From IMG/VR virus record IMGVR_UViG_3300033407_000015, positions 1 through 58,006 of that record: 58,006 bases of DNA; one strand, 5' to 3'. This document shows, one piece after another, positions 46,429 through 55,801 of this stretch (position 1 is the stretch's first letter; each line of letters opens with the position of its first letter). Both the position numbers and the translations under genes were made by a program. The notes below the pieces were generated by a model. The model saw only the letters and a list, made by a program, of their open reading frames with translations, was not told where the DNA came from and ran no database searches. Origin of the DNA: a virus (taxonomy: Duplodnaviria; Caudoviricetes).

Positions 46429-46713
46429 GTGACGCTCGAACGCACCAATCTCATCATGGAGACCGGCTCCTATGGAGGCGGCGGCGCTGGCCGCTCTGCC
46501 GGTGGGTTCGCTACACCAGTCTCGGGCAGACGATTCAACACCTGGCCCTTCGTCCCCAACGCTGAACTCTTGATGCAAAAGGATCGAGAGGCTCAGCGAC
46601 GTCGTGAACGTCTGCGCGAACTGGCGCTAGGATGGTTCATGCACGGCGGTATGGGTACAGCCGGCTCGACGAATGGTGCGTCCAGTGGGAATGCCCCAGG
46701 ATCAATCTTCTAG
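46429..46713 (+). CDS. Small Gly-rich candidate head protein
   Basis: MTLERTNLIME N-terminus; GAGG RBS. Confidence 0.55.
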   Translation: MTLERTNLIMETGSYGGGGAGRSAGGFATPVSGRRFNTWPFVPNAELLMQKDREAQRRRERLRELALGWFMHGGMGTAGSTNGASSGNAPGSIF

Positions 46714-46736
46714 CGCCCACCGTTAGCGCCCCTCAA

Positions 46737-46871
46737 GTGCGCGGTTCGATAGAGGATCAAGAAAACATTCTTCGCTCTCTCAGAGAGCTAATCTGGTCGC
46801 TGATACCAAGCTGTCTGGCGTTCGTGCTAGAAATCGGTATCTTCGTGGACTGGATTATCTGGGGTGAATAA
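46737..46871 (+). CDS. Possible 44-aa membrane protein
   Basis: Hydrophobic LIWSLIPSCLAFVLEIGIFVDWIIW; weak RBS. Confidence 0.3.
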   Translation: MRGSIEDQENILRSLRELIWSLIPSCLAFVLEIGIFVDWIIWGE

Positions 46872-46940
46872 GATCGAGCCCGCGGGCGAGGTAAGGTGAA
46901 ATCGTGTCCAAGAACATGGCTGATCTGAAGTGCAAGTAGT

Positions 46941-47501
46941 ATGAGCGATCAGAAGAACATGACTGATCTGAACTGTCGGTCCACGATCTATATCACGCCT
47001 CCAAGGATTGCAAACGCGGTAAGGGCCTACTTTCCCTTAGGTGTAATTCCGTTTGATCCTGCGACGGAGCCAAACAACCCCTTGAAGGCGATCAACTTCT
47101 GTACGGGGCCGGGATCGAACGATGGGTCGCTTGGCGATGGTCTTACCGTTTCTTGGTCAGAGCGAGGTGGTGTCTTCGTCAACCCTCCCTACGGTAAGGG
47201 GATGAAAAGCTGGTGCGAGAAGATCCACGAAGAGACGGTCGCTGGTGCTGAGATCCTGGCGCTTCTTCCGTGCGGAGCACGGTTCGGTACCAGATATTGG
47301 CAGGACCATATCTTCAATTCTGGGCTAGACGTCACACTGTTCGTGCGCGGACGGGTACAGTTCCTACGTCCGGACGGATCGGGCACCCAAGGCTCGAACC
47401 CCTACGATTCCCAGCTTTTGGGCTTCGGAGTCGATATTGAACGGTTTACGAAGTGCTTTAAGCACCTCGGCAAGATTGTGGAGATGCGCGTCATAATGTA
47501 G
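46941..47501 (+). CDS. Phage-type DNA N6-adenine methyltransferase (Dam-like)
   Basis: YITP, FDPA, DGL..SW...VFVNPPY, ALLP, RGRVQF. Confidence 0.85.
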   Translation: MSDQKNMTDLNCRSTIYITPPRIANAVRAYFPLGVIPFDPATEPNNPLKAINFCTGPGSNDGSLGDGLTVSWSERGGVFVNPPYGKGMKSWCEKIHEETVAGAEILALLPCGARFGTRYWQDHIFNSGLDVTLFVRGRVQFLRPDGSGTQGSNPYDSQLLGFGVDIERFTKCFKHLGKIVEMRVIM

Positions 47502-47510
47502 ACTTTCAAC

Positions 47511-48131
47511 ATGTCGCGCCGCAAAGAGCCTGTCGAACCGCGCTTCTGGGCGAAGGTCTCTAAGGGAGCGTCGGACGAGTGTTGGCAATGGATCGCCGGG
47601 AAGGGCGGACGGGGCTATGGCATGTTCTGGTTAGATGGGAAACAGGTGAAGGCGCATCGTGTGGCCTGGACACTTGAACATGGTCCGATCCCAGAAGGTA
47701 AGGGCTATCACGGGACCTGCGTCTGCCATAGCTGCGATAACCCATCTTGCGTGAACCCCGCTCATCTCTTCATCGGCACGAATGCTGACAACCAAGCCGA
47801 TATGCGCAGAAAGAGTCGCGGCGTAAATACATCAGAACTTCGCGCGGAACGGATCACGTTTCGAGGGAAGTCGAAGACCATTACTGAGTGGGCGAAAGAT
47901 CTCGGCATCCCTCGCGGGACCATCACCAACCGTCTTTACGCTGATTGGAGCGTCGACAGAGCACTGTCGGAACCTCCGACGCCTGAGAAGCGATTTCTCT
48001 ATCACGAGGGGACGCGGCTGTCGGTGACCGAGTGGTCAAAGCGGACGGGAATCCGCTATCACACGATCCTCGCGCGTCTAGACCGTGGATGGTCGGTTGA
48101 GCGAGCACTCACAACGCCAAGTAGAGGTTAG
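47511..48131 (+). CDS. HNH homing endonuclease with two C-terminal DNA-binding repeats
   Basis: [35 protein letters not shown]; TEW...GI...TI..RL...WSV.RAL twice. Confidence 0.9.
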   Translation: MSRRKEPVEPRFWAKVSKGASDECWQWIAGKGGRGYGMFWLDGKQVKAHRVAWTLEHGPIPEGKGYHGTCVCHSCDNPSCVNPAHLFIGTNADNQADMRRKSRGVNTSELRAERITFRGKSKTITEWAKDLGIPRGTITNRLYADWSVDRALSEPPTPEKRFLYHEGTRLSVTEWSKRTGIRYHTILARLDRGWSVERALTTPSRG

Positions 48132-48133
48132 GC

Positions 48134-48946
48134 ATGGGAAATCAACCGTCGAAGCTCTTGATCCTCATCGCAGGGAATGCCGGAGCAGGGAAAGATACGC
48201 TCGCAAACTATTTGAGTGACGTTACGACGCCCTGGGCCAGAACCTACTCAACGGCATATGCCTACGGGATCAAGAAGATCCTTCATGAGACCTACGGCAC
48301 GCCTTGGGAGATCCTGAACGGGGATAAGGACGTCAAGGAGTCGAACTACGTTCACATGGGCGCGCAGAAGACGAAGGTTACCGTGCGACGGGCTTTGCAG
48401 GCCATTGGTCAGTTCCACCGAGAGATTTTCGGTCCGACCTGCTGGGCGGCTGCGACGCTCACACGCTGCAAGGCGTCACAGGAGCGGATCTGCATCGTCA
48501 CCGACGCTAGGCACCCTGCCGAAGAGATTCACTGGATCGGTGATGAGGCCGCTTCACAAGGCTTCCTAGTGGTCCCCGTGCGCGTTCGTAGGTCTTCGGT
48601 CAAAGTCAACCCCGATCACCCCTCAGAGAGCCTAATCTTGGCTGAGCCGGACGGATCTTTCTCGTTTCTGGTCGAGAATGAGGGTACGCTTGAGAATCTC
48701 AAGCAAGCTGCCGAGCAAGTTGCTTGTGCTGCTGTGCTGCTTCAGAAGAGTGGTAAGAAGAAGCTTTCCAAGAAGAACAACGGCTATGTCGTTCGCAACG
48801 AGTTCGGTAGGGTTCTCTATGAACCACTGCTTACTCCCAAAGAAGCTGATCTTCTGTCATGCGACGCCTCGAACGAGACGGGACAGGACCATTGGGTTGA
48901 GGAGGTCAAGTTCGATCTCCTAAAAGGGGTCGCCAGTGGCTATTGA
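48134..48946 (+). CDS. Deoxynucleoside monophosphate kinase (T4 gp1-like)
   Basis: P-loop GNAGAGKDT, RRALQAIG, IVTDAR, HPSE, NEGT. Confidence 0.8.
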   Translation: MGNQPSKLLILIAGNAGAGKDTLANYLSDVTTPWARTYSTAYAYGIKKILHETYGTPWEILNGDKDVKESNYVHMGAQKTKVTVRRALQAIGQFHREIFGPTCWAAATLTRCKASQERICIVTDARHPAEEIHWIGDEAASQGFLVVPVRVRRSSVKVNPDHPSESLILAEPDGSFSFLVENEGTLENLKQAAEQVACAAVLLQKSGKKKLSKKNNGYVVRNEFGRVLYEPLLTPKEADLLSCDASNETGQDHWVEEVKFDLLKGVASGY

Positions 48947-50126
48947 GACAGCACAGGATGCCATTGGACTTCGCTGCGTCATGAAGGGCTACCCGGGAAT
49001 CGTCTTGCGAATCAAGCATGTTCACCAGGATCTCACCAGCGAAGAAGGCTGCGATGACATGCGCCCTTCCTGGGCAAACGCCATGGCGCCCGCAGCTTGC
49101 GTCTGCGAAGTCGTCTCGGGAACACCACCCGAGGCGTGGGGCGAACCTATCACCCCCTTCGGCCACTTCCGTGTCGCCGCGAAGGATCTCTACTTCGAAG
49201 GAGATCCTTGTGTTTTGATCGATTCATCAGCCACCAATCCGCCCCGCGGGCTCTTCTTTTCGAGAGAGAAATCAATGTTTGAACGATTCACCGATAGGGC
49301 CCTCAAGGTGATGAACCTGGCTCGCCAGAAGGCGCAGCATCTCAACCACCTGTACATCGGGACGGAGCACATCTTGCTGGGCCTGATGGAAGAGGATTCT
49401 GGCGTCGCAGCCAACGTGCTCCGCAGGCTGAAGGTCGATCCGGAGAAGATTCGGGTCGAGATCAAGAAGATCGGTCAGGACAGTCCGATCGTGGTGAACA
49501 CAGGGCAACTCCCGTTCACGCCGCGCTGCAAGCGGATGCTGGAACTGGCGAGCGAAGAGGCCATCAACTTGCACCACTGCTACATCGGCACCGAACACCT
49601 CCTATTGGGTGTCGTTCGAACGGATGAAGGCACTGGCACTGGCGCTGCGGCGCTGAAAAACCTGGGGCTGAATCTTCAGAGTATCCACGATGGGGTCATG
49701 GAGTTGCTGGGGGTGGTGGTCCCTGGGGTCACAACCCCGGTCAGCTTCGATGACTACCAGGAGTTCACTCGAACGACCGCTGTCTACCCAGGATGCGACG
49801 ACCAGAACTTCAACAGCGCGGCCTACTGCACCTTCGGTCTCACTGGTGAAGCAGGCGAGGTCGCAGAGAAGATGAAGAAGCGCTATCGATTGGGTGGTCC
49901 CAACGCATTCCTGCCTAGATCGGTCGTGGACTACAACGGCAAGCCGGAGACCTACGAAGAATTCGTAGAGGCGATGAAGAAGGAACTTGGCGACGTCCTC
50001 TGGTACGTAGCCGGCCTATCAACGGAGCTTGGCCTCAAGCTTTCCGACGTCGCGCACGGCAACATCACCAAGCTGTCGTCTCGCAAAGATCGCGGTGTGC
50101 TCAAGGGCAAGGGCGACGACAGGTAA
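48936..50126 (+). CDS. ClpC N-terminal double repeat domain fused to a MazG-like NTP pyrophosphatase (probable second start at 49275)
   Basis: MFERFTDRA..V...A...A....H.YIGTEHILLGL plus a second YIGTEHLLLG, then FDDYQ..GLTGEAGEVAEK..KELGDVLWY. Confidence 0.85.
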   Translation: MAIETAQDAIGLRCVMKGYPGIVLRIKHVHQDLTSEEGCDDMRPSWANAMAPAACVCEVVSGTPPEAWGEPITPFGHFRVAAKDLYFEGDPCVLIDSSATNPPRGLFFSREKSMFERFTDRALKVMNLARQKAQHLNHLYIGTEHILLGLMEEDSGVAANVLRRLKVDPEKIRVEIKKIGQDSPIVVNTGQLPFTPRCKRMLELASEEAINLHHCYIGTEHLLLGVVRTDEGTGTGAAALKNLGLNLQSIHDGVMELLGVVVPGVTTPVSFDDYQEFTRTTAVYPGCDDQNFNSAAYCTFGLTGEAGEVAEKMKKRYRLGGPNAFLPRSVVDYNGKPETYEEFVEAMKKELGDVLWYVAGLSTELGLKLSDVAHGNITKLSSRKDRGVLKGKGDDR

Positions 50127-50458
50127 TCGAGATTTGACCGCGTGCTTGTCAAGCGCAAAGATTGAATTTTCGGAAAATCTAGCGTCGTCCGAGGTAATCG
50201 ACCGACGCTACTTGACCTACGTCAAGCTACACGAATAGATCTCGCCACCGCCCTATGCGATGAGATATGGTGGCTATCCTGGGCCACAACGGACGAAGCC
50301 TCCAATGGTATGTAACGTCCACTGGTCCAGTAAAGGAAACACAAGACGTCAGGCGCGAGGTGAGTAGGGACTGTGGGATTGCATCGGCTTGTTGAGCCGT
50401 CTTCCCTAGAGACCCTCTCCGGTGAACACGTACCTGAGGCTTACAGGAAGGTAACTAC

Positions 50459-53400
50459 GTGGCAGGCTCCGCTACTCGCTCAACATCTGACGATCTTTCC
50501 AAGTCCATTGCGTTCTTCGGTGGCGCAGAGATGCCTGCTAAGGTTTGGAGCCGCAAGTATCGGCTCCGAGACAAGGTCGACAATTTCTTGGAGGAATCAC
50601 CCCTCCAGACCTTCTGTCGCATGGCCGATGCCGTTTACGCCCCGTCCGATTCAACAATGCGGCAGAACCTCGTCGAACGACGCTTCATCCCGGCTGGCAG
50701 GATCCTCTTCGCGCTGGGCAATCCCTTCTTTAGCGCAACTTTGAAGAACTGCTATGTGCTGAGCCTTCGCGACGACTCGCTCGAAGCCATTAGTGACCTT
50801 CGCAAGGAGATGGCCCGTACCTACGCTATGGGCGGCGGTGTCGGAATCGATCTCTCCATTCTGCGCCCCGCAGGCGCTCCGGTGAACAACAGCGCCATCA
50901 CCTCCTCCGGCGCCGCCTCGTTCGCTGACGGCTTCTCGCATCTGACCGGTGAGATCGGCCAGAACGGACGACGAGGTGCGCTCATGATCTCGATGTCGGT
51001 CGATCACCCAGACATCGAACGCTTTGTTCATTCCAAGAACGACTTCAATCACGATCTTGCGAGCGAGATTCGCGAGAAGCTCCCGCGCAAGCTCTACAAG
51101 AAGCTGAACGAAGAGGTGATCGAGCCTCGTCGTGCCTGTGGCAACGCCAACATGAGCGTTCGCATCACCGATCGCTTCATGAAGGCAGTGCGCGATGGGA
51201 GCCATCACATCACGCGCTTCATCATGGACGGCGGCGAAGAGATCGAGAAGGTCTTCGACGCAAAGAAGCTGTTCCGCGACATCGTGATGGGCGCGTGGAG
51301 TCACGGCTGTCCTGGCTGTCTCTTCTGGGACACAATGGCGCGCGAGGATAACCGCAATTACCTCGCACCTAGGTGGCACATTGTCACGACTAACCCATGT
51401 GTCACCGGGGACACGCGGCTCGCCACGCAGCACGGAATGGTAAAGGTTGAAGACCTCTATGTGAGTGGATCTGACATCGAATGCACCGTCGATACTCGTG
51501 CTCTGGGCGAAGGCAAGGGTGTTACCACTCGTCCGGCTGTACCCGTGTTCGCTACCTCAGAGTCAGCAGACGTATGGGAAGTAACCACCAAGAGCGGTCA
51601 CCGCATCAAGGCTACAGCGTGGCACGATTTCTATACCACGCGGGGGAAGATCGAGTTAAAGGATCTGGTGATCGGCGATAAGCTACTGATTCAGTCCGGG
51701 AAGGGACAGTTCGGAGCAGAAGGAACCTACGATCTCGGGTTCCTTATGGGTCTGCTCGCGGGGGATGGTCATTTCACCAACCGCGGGAAGAACAGGCAGG
51801 CTGCGGTGGTGTCGCTGTGGGGCAAGGACCGTCGCTTCGTTCCCAAGGTCGTCAACATCGTGAACGAGATGGTGATCGGCAAGATGCCGAACGCTCGCCG
51901 TGTGGGATCGATCTGCGTCGAAGACCGCGACGAGGAGCGTGTTCGTTCTGTCACGCTTGCGAAGGTGCTGGCGGGTTACGGTTTCTCAAAGGAGACAAAA
52001 CTTCAGGTGCCCGAAATCGTATGGCGAGGTACTGAAGACTGTGCCAAGGGCTACATTCACGGACTCTTCCAGGCTGACAGCACAGTCAATGTTTCTGGAC
52101 ACTCTCACGCTCAATCGTGCTCGATTCGCCTCGCATCCTCAACGCCCGCCTTTCTTCGAGAAGTCCAGATGCTTGTAGGGAACTTCGGAATCTATTCTGC
52201 GATCTACAAGCGTCGGAAGGCTGGGCAGCGCCTACTGCTCAATGGCAAGGGCGGCTATAAGACCTATCACTGCTCGGCGGATTACGAACTCATCATCGAC
52301 GGCGAGAGTCGTGACCGCTTCGTGGACGAGATCGGGTTCGCGGATGAAGGAAAGCGCGCCCAACGCTATGCCCGATGGGCTGTTGACAAGAGTCTCTACA
52401 AGAGCCAATCTTTTACGAGCCCCATCGTCAGTATCGAATATGCTGGCAAGCACAAGGTCTACGACACCACCCAACAAGACCATAACACCGTCGTCCTAAA
52501 TACTTTGGTGACAGGACAATGCGGCGAGCAACCGCTCTCAGATGGCGGCTCATGTAATCTCGGAGCGGTCAACCTCGCCCGTTTCACGAAGTATCCCTAC
52601 ACGGATCGCGCCGAGTTCGACTGGGACGGGTTCAAGCAGGCGGTGCGCGATGGCGTTCGCTTTCTTGATGAGATCAACACTATCGAACTCGAAGAGAACC
52701 GTGCTCCGATTCAGAAGCAGGCAGAGGTCACCGAGGGTCTGCGTCAGATCGGGCTTGGTGTCATGGGCTACGGCGATCTGTTGCTCCAGCACCAGATCAA
52801 GTACGGCTCTGACGACGCGCTCGGCTTCACCGACAAGCTGTTCCGCTGCCTGCGCGACACGGCCTATCACGAGTCAATCATGCTCGCGAAAGAGAAGGGG
52901 CCGTTCCCCGCTTTCGACTGGGAGCAGATCAAGCGTTCACCCTTCATCGACCGGCTTCCTGGCGAACTGAAGAAGCTGATGGCGAAGCACGGGCTTCGCA
53001 ACAGCAACGTGCTCAGCATCGCACCCACTGGTACCATCGCCATCATGGGCGAGACCACTGGAGGCATCGAACCGGAATTCGCATATCAGTTGACACGCGC
53101 TGCTCAACTTGGAACCGGTAAGCGGACCAAGTTCACGTTCCTCACTCCTACTGCGCAACGGATCGCTAAGGCGCTCGGCAAGAGCGTTCCGCAGGGTGAG
53201 ATCGAGGGTGCCGTCGACATGTCGTGGCTCCCCGAGTGGGCCGTGGCTAGCCATCAGATCGAACCCAAACGTCGTGTGAAGGTGCAAGGTCTCATCCAGC
53301 AGTACGTCGACACGGCAATCTCCTCAACTGTGAACCTTCCCGAGACTGCTACCATCGAAGACGTGATGGACGTTTACTGGACTGCCTTCGAGGCAGGGTG

Positions 53401-54025
53401 CAAGGGCGTTACGATCTATCGTGAAGGCTCGCGTGAAGGCATCCTTCAGACGCTTTCAGAGGCGGAGCGTCTGGAATATCCCATCGAGCCGCCGCTCCAG
53501 ATCAAGTCCAAGCGACTGTCGTTCAAGGGAGAGAACGGTCTTCAGCGCATCCTCATTAACGTCGGCGATTTCCGTCCTGGTGTCCCCTGCGAGGTCTCGG
53601 TCATCCACGGCAAGTCGGGCACTGAGGTTGCGTCCTACGCGTCTGCGCTCGGGATCGTCATCTCTATCGCGCTTCAGAACGGTGTTCACCCGATCAAGCT
53701 CGCTAGGGCAATGGAGGGTATCAGCGCTGGCTGGGCGACCCGTCTCCCTCTGGATGGCAAGGGTAACAAACCTACGACCGTCCAGAGCGTTCCCGATTCT
53801 GTCGCCGCCGCGCTGCGGAAGTTCTACGGCAATGGAATCTACGAAAAGGGCCTCGCCGGCAAGCCTATCAACGGCGAAACCAACAAGTCCGGGTGGGAAC
53901 TCACGGCTGACGAACGCAATCGAGCCCAGAACTGCCCGAAGTGTGGGAAACAGACCTACATCCCCGACTCTTCGTGCTGGAGGTGCATCAACCCCGCGTG
54001 TGATGTCGATGGTGTCTGCGGCTAA
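50459..54025 (+). CDS. nrdJ: Class II (B12-dependent) ribonucleotide reductase with an intein
   Basis: PAGRIL, NCYV, GGGVG, RRGA, TNP|CGEQPL, CNLG, SIAPTG, KGVTIYR; C-terminal SVPD (TSCPD-like) domain and Cys zinc ribbon. Confidence 0.88.
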   Translation: MAGSATRSTSDDLSKSIAFFGGAEMPAKVWSRKYRLRDKVDNFLEESPLQTFCRMADAVYAPSDSTMRQNLVERRFIPAGRILFALGNPFFSATLKNCYVLSLRDDSLEAISDLRKEMARTYAMGGGVGIDLSILRPAGAPVNNSAITSSGAASFADGFSHLTGEIGQNGRRGALMISMSVDHPDIERFVHSKNDFNHDLASEIREKLPRKLYKKLNEEVIEPRRACGNANMSVRITDRFMKAVRDGSHHITRFIMDGGEEIEKVFDAKKLFRDIVMGAWSHGCPGCLFWDTMAREDNRNYLAPRWHIVTTNPCVTGDTRLATQHGMVKVEDLYVSGSDIECTVDTRALGEGKGVTTRPAVPVFATSESADVWEVTTKSGHRIKATAWHDFYTTRGKIELKDLVIGDKLLIQSGKGQFGAEGTYDLGFLMGLLAGDGHFTNRGKNRQAAVVSLWGKDRRFVPKVVNIVNEMVIGKMPNARRVGSICVEDRDEERVRSVTLAKVLAGYGFSKETKLQVPEIVWRGTEDCAKGYIHGLFQADSTVNVSGHSHAQSCSIRLASSTPAFLREVQMLVGNFGIYSAIYKRRKAGQRLLLNGKGGYKTYHCSADYELIIDGESRDRFVDEIGFADEGKRAQRYARWAVDKSLYKSQSFTSPIVSIEYAGKHKVYDTTQQDHNTVVLNTLVTGQCGEQPLSDGGSCNLGAVNLARFTKYPYTDRAEFDWDGFKQAVRDGVRFLDEINTIELEENRAPIQKQAEVTEGLRQIGLGVMGYGDLLLQHQIKYGSDDALGFTDKLFRCLRDTAYHESIMLAKEKGPFPAFDWEQIKRSPFIDRLPGELKKLMAKHGLRNSNVLSIAPTGTIAIMGETTGGIEPEFAYQLTRAAQLGTGKRTKFTFLTPTAQRIAKALGKSVPQGEIEGAVDMSWLPEWAVASHQIEPKRRVKVQGLIQQYVDTAISSTVNLPETATIEDVMDVYWTAFEAGCKGVTIYREGSREGILQTLSEAERLEYPIEPPLQIKSKRLSFKGENGLQRILINVGDFRPGVPCEVSVIHGKSGTEVASYASALGIVISIALQNGVHPIKLARAMEGISAGWATRLPLDGKGNKPTTVQSVPDSVAAALRKFYGNGIYEKGLAGKPINGETNKSGWELTADERNRAQNCPKCGKQTYIPDSSCWRCINPACDVDGVCG
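51398..52519 (+). mobile_element. RNR intein (LAGLIDADG, 374 aa) ending in Gly-Gln
   Basis: NP|CVTGDT...TAWH...LMGLLAGDG...IHGLFQADS...VTGQ|CGE. Confidence 0.88.
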
Positions 54026-54112
54026 CGGCACCTAACCCGAGTCAAACAAGACGGTAACCAGCCCTCGTGATAGGATCGCCAAATACGGCAAGCCTGTTAC
54101 GAGGGTCGTCTT

Positions 54113-54733
54113 TTGAGCGCTACATCGATTCGACTCCTTCCGCTAGCGCTTCTCATCTTCATGGTGGGAATAGCTTCTGCGGACGGTCCTGCATCTCCCG
54201 TCCCACAGGTTCCTGACAATACCGTTCCGGGTTGGGTCTTCTACTGGGTGCTTGGAATCGGCTCAGCCGGCGCTGTCATTTGGTCCACCATCACTAAAAT
54301 GCTCTGGGATCGCGGCTCCGAAGCACAGAAGGATACCGTTATCGCCAAGGAAAAAATCAGCGTTCTTTCCGAAGAGGAAAAAGGCTGGTTACGCCAGCTT
54401 TATTATTGGCATAAGGCGGTCGATAATGACCAAGTTCCGCTCTGGTACATCCCGCGTTCTTGGTTAGAGCACATTAAGAGCCTCAAGACAGATAATGACG
54501 CTGTGAAGGGTCTGCTCATCAAGCTTGTCGAATGGAACGAAGAACTCATCTCCGATCTCCGAACACAACTCAAAGAGAGTCGCGGACTTCAAGCTCAACA
54601 GCAGACTAAGATGCTGAAGCTTGCTGTCCGCGTTCAACGGGCTGTTGAGGCCCTTGCCGGTATGGAGTCCCCTCCTGCCGTCGAGACGGACCTTAATGAC
54701 GATGACGATGACGATGACGAGGAGATTGTGTGA
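54113..54733 (+). CDS. Membrane protein (signal/TM plus TM plus coiled coil)
   Basis: LLPLALLIFMVGIASA and WVFYWVLGIGSAGAVIW segments; acidic tail. Confidence 0.6.
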   Translation: MSATSIRLLPLALLIFMVGIASADGPASPVPQVPDNTVPGWVFYWVLGIGSAGAVIWSTITKMLWDRGSEAQKDTVIAKEKISVLSEEEKGWLRQLYYWHKAVDNDQVPLWYIPRSWLEHIKSLKTDNDAVKGLLIKLVEWNEELISDLRTQLKESRGLQAQQQTKMLKLAVRVQRAVEALAGMESPPAVETDLNDDDDDDDEEIV

Positions 54734-55044
54734 CAGCAATGCGACCGGCACCAAAGCCATCAGACGTTCAAGACGCAGAGGATCCTATGTTCGACGAGAT
54801 CGTTCGGCGAACTCTCGACAAAGTCATTCAGCGAATCGACGCGTCTCTCCCCCTCATTCATCAAAAGGCTGCGTCTGATGGGATGGCTGAAACGTCTACT
54901 ACTCGGCTTTCAAAGGCACAATTCGTTCGTGCTCAAGCGATGTTTCAGGACATGTGCGACCATCCTCTTTTGAATGAAGAGGGTGACGACATCTGCCTGA
55001 AGAAGAAGAAAAAGGTTCGACGCGTCAACGGTCATTCTGGCTAG
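54730..55044 (+). CDS. Hypothetical protein
   Basis: GTGA coupling; 104 aa. Confidence 0.5.
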   Translation: MTAMRPAPKPSDVQDAEDPMFDEIVRRTLDKVIQRIDASLPLIHQKAASDGMAETSTTRLSKAQFVRAQAMFQDMCDHPLLNEEGDDICLKKKKKVRRVNGHSG

Positions 55045-55123
55045 ATCAACTGTGACCGTAAGATCCTGTAGGTTAAAGTGAAAGCCTCCTCGTTGAAGAA
55101 GAAAGAGCGTTAGGTAGTCGTTC

Positions 55124-55801
55124 ATGGGAACGAACATCGACAAGTTCGTAGAGCCGAGTGAAATCCCGGGATCAATAGCGGTCCCGTTGGGTGGCATCAT
55201 TGGTTGGATGAATCCTGCCGCTGCGACTATGAACCCAACTCCTCCTGCGGGGTTTGAATTCTGTGATGGGACGGCAGTCTCTACTGTCGGGTCACCGTTC
55301 TTTGGGCAACTCAAGCCGAACTTGATGGTTACCAGCGCTGGTGGCGCGAAGGGTATTGCGCGCGGTGCCGACGTAACCGCTGCCCCCTATGGGGTTGGAA
55401 CTGCGCTCGTCACAGGTGGTAGTGATGCCCATAACCACACAGTCAACAGCGCCGGTAACCACAACCACGGTCTAAATAACCATACCCATAACATGAACAA
55501 CCACTCTCACTCGGTAGCAAGTAGTGGGGCGCACGATCATAGTTTTACAGGCACCGCGAATCAGTCAGGAACACCTGCTACTGGAAGCGCCTATCAGGGT
55601 GGAACCTTCTTTCACAATCATGCTGTGAGCAGCGACAACAGTAATCACTCGCACACAACAGCAGGCCCAAGCACGGCCGATACAGCCACTCCTTCGGTCA
55701 GCAACACCACTGATGCGGGCAGCCACGTTCACTCGAACAACAACAACACCATTTTCCCCGCTTTTCATACCGAAGTGGCGTCCATAGTGAGAGTGCTCTA
55801 G
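55124..55801 (+). CDS. Tail collar domain plus HxH metal-binding needle (short tail fiber tip-like)
   Basis: VPLGGIIGW...PAGFEFCDG...PNL collar; eight HxH motifs. Confidence 0.8.
   Translation: MGTNIDKFVEPSEIPGSIAVPLGGIIGWMNPAAATMNPTPPAGFEFCDGTAVSTVGSPFFGQLKPNLMVTSAGGAKGIARGADVTAAPYGVGTALVTGGSDAHNHTVNSAGNHNHGLNNHTHNMNNHSHSVASSGAHDHSFTGTANQSGTPATGSAYQGGTFFHNHAVSSDNSNHSHTTAGPSTADTATPSVSNTTDAGSHVHSNNNNTIFPAFHTEVASIVRVL

Noticed and set aside
50255-50280. NrdR box upstream of nrdJ
   Set aside because: Only a 3' half-match (gatatggtgg) and no second box.
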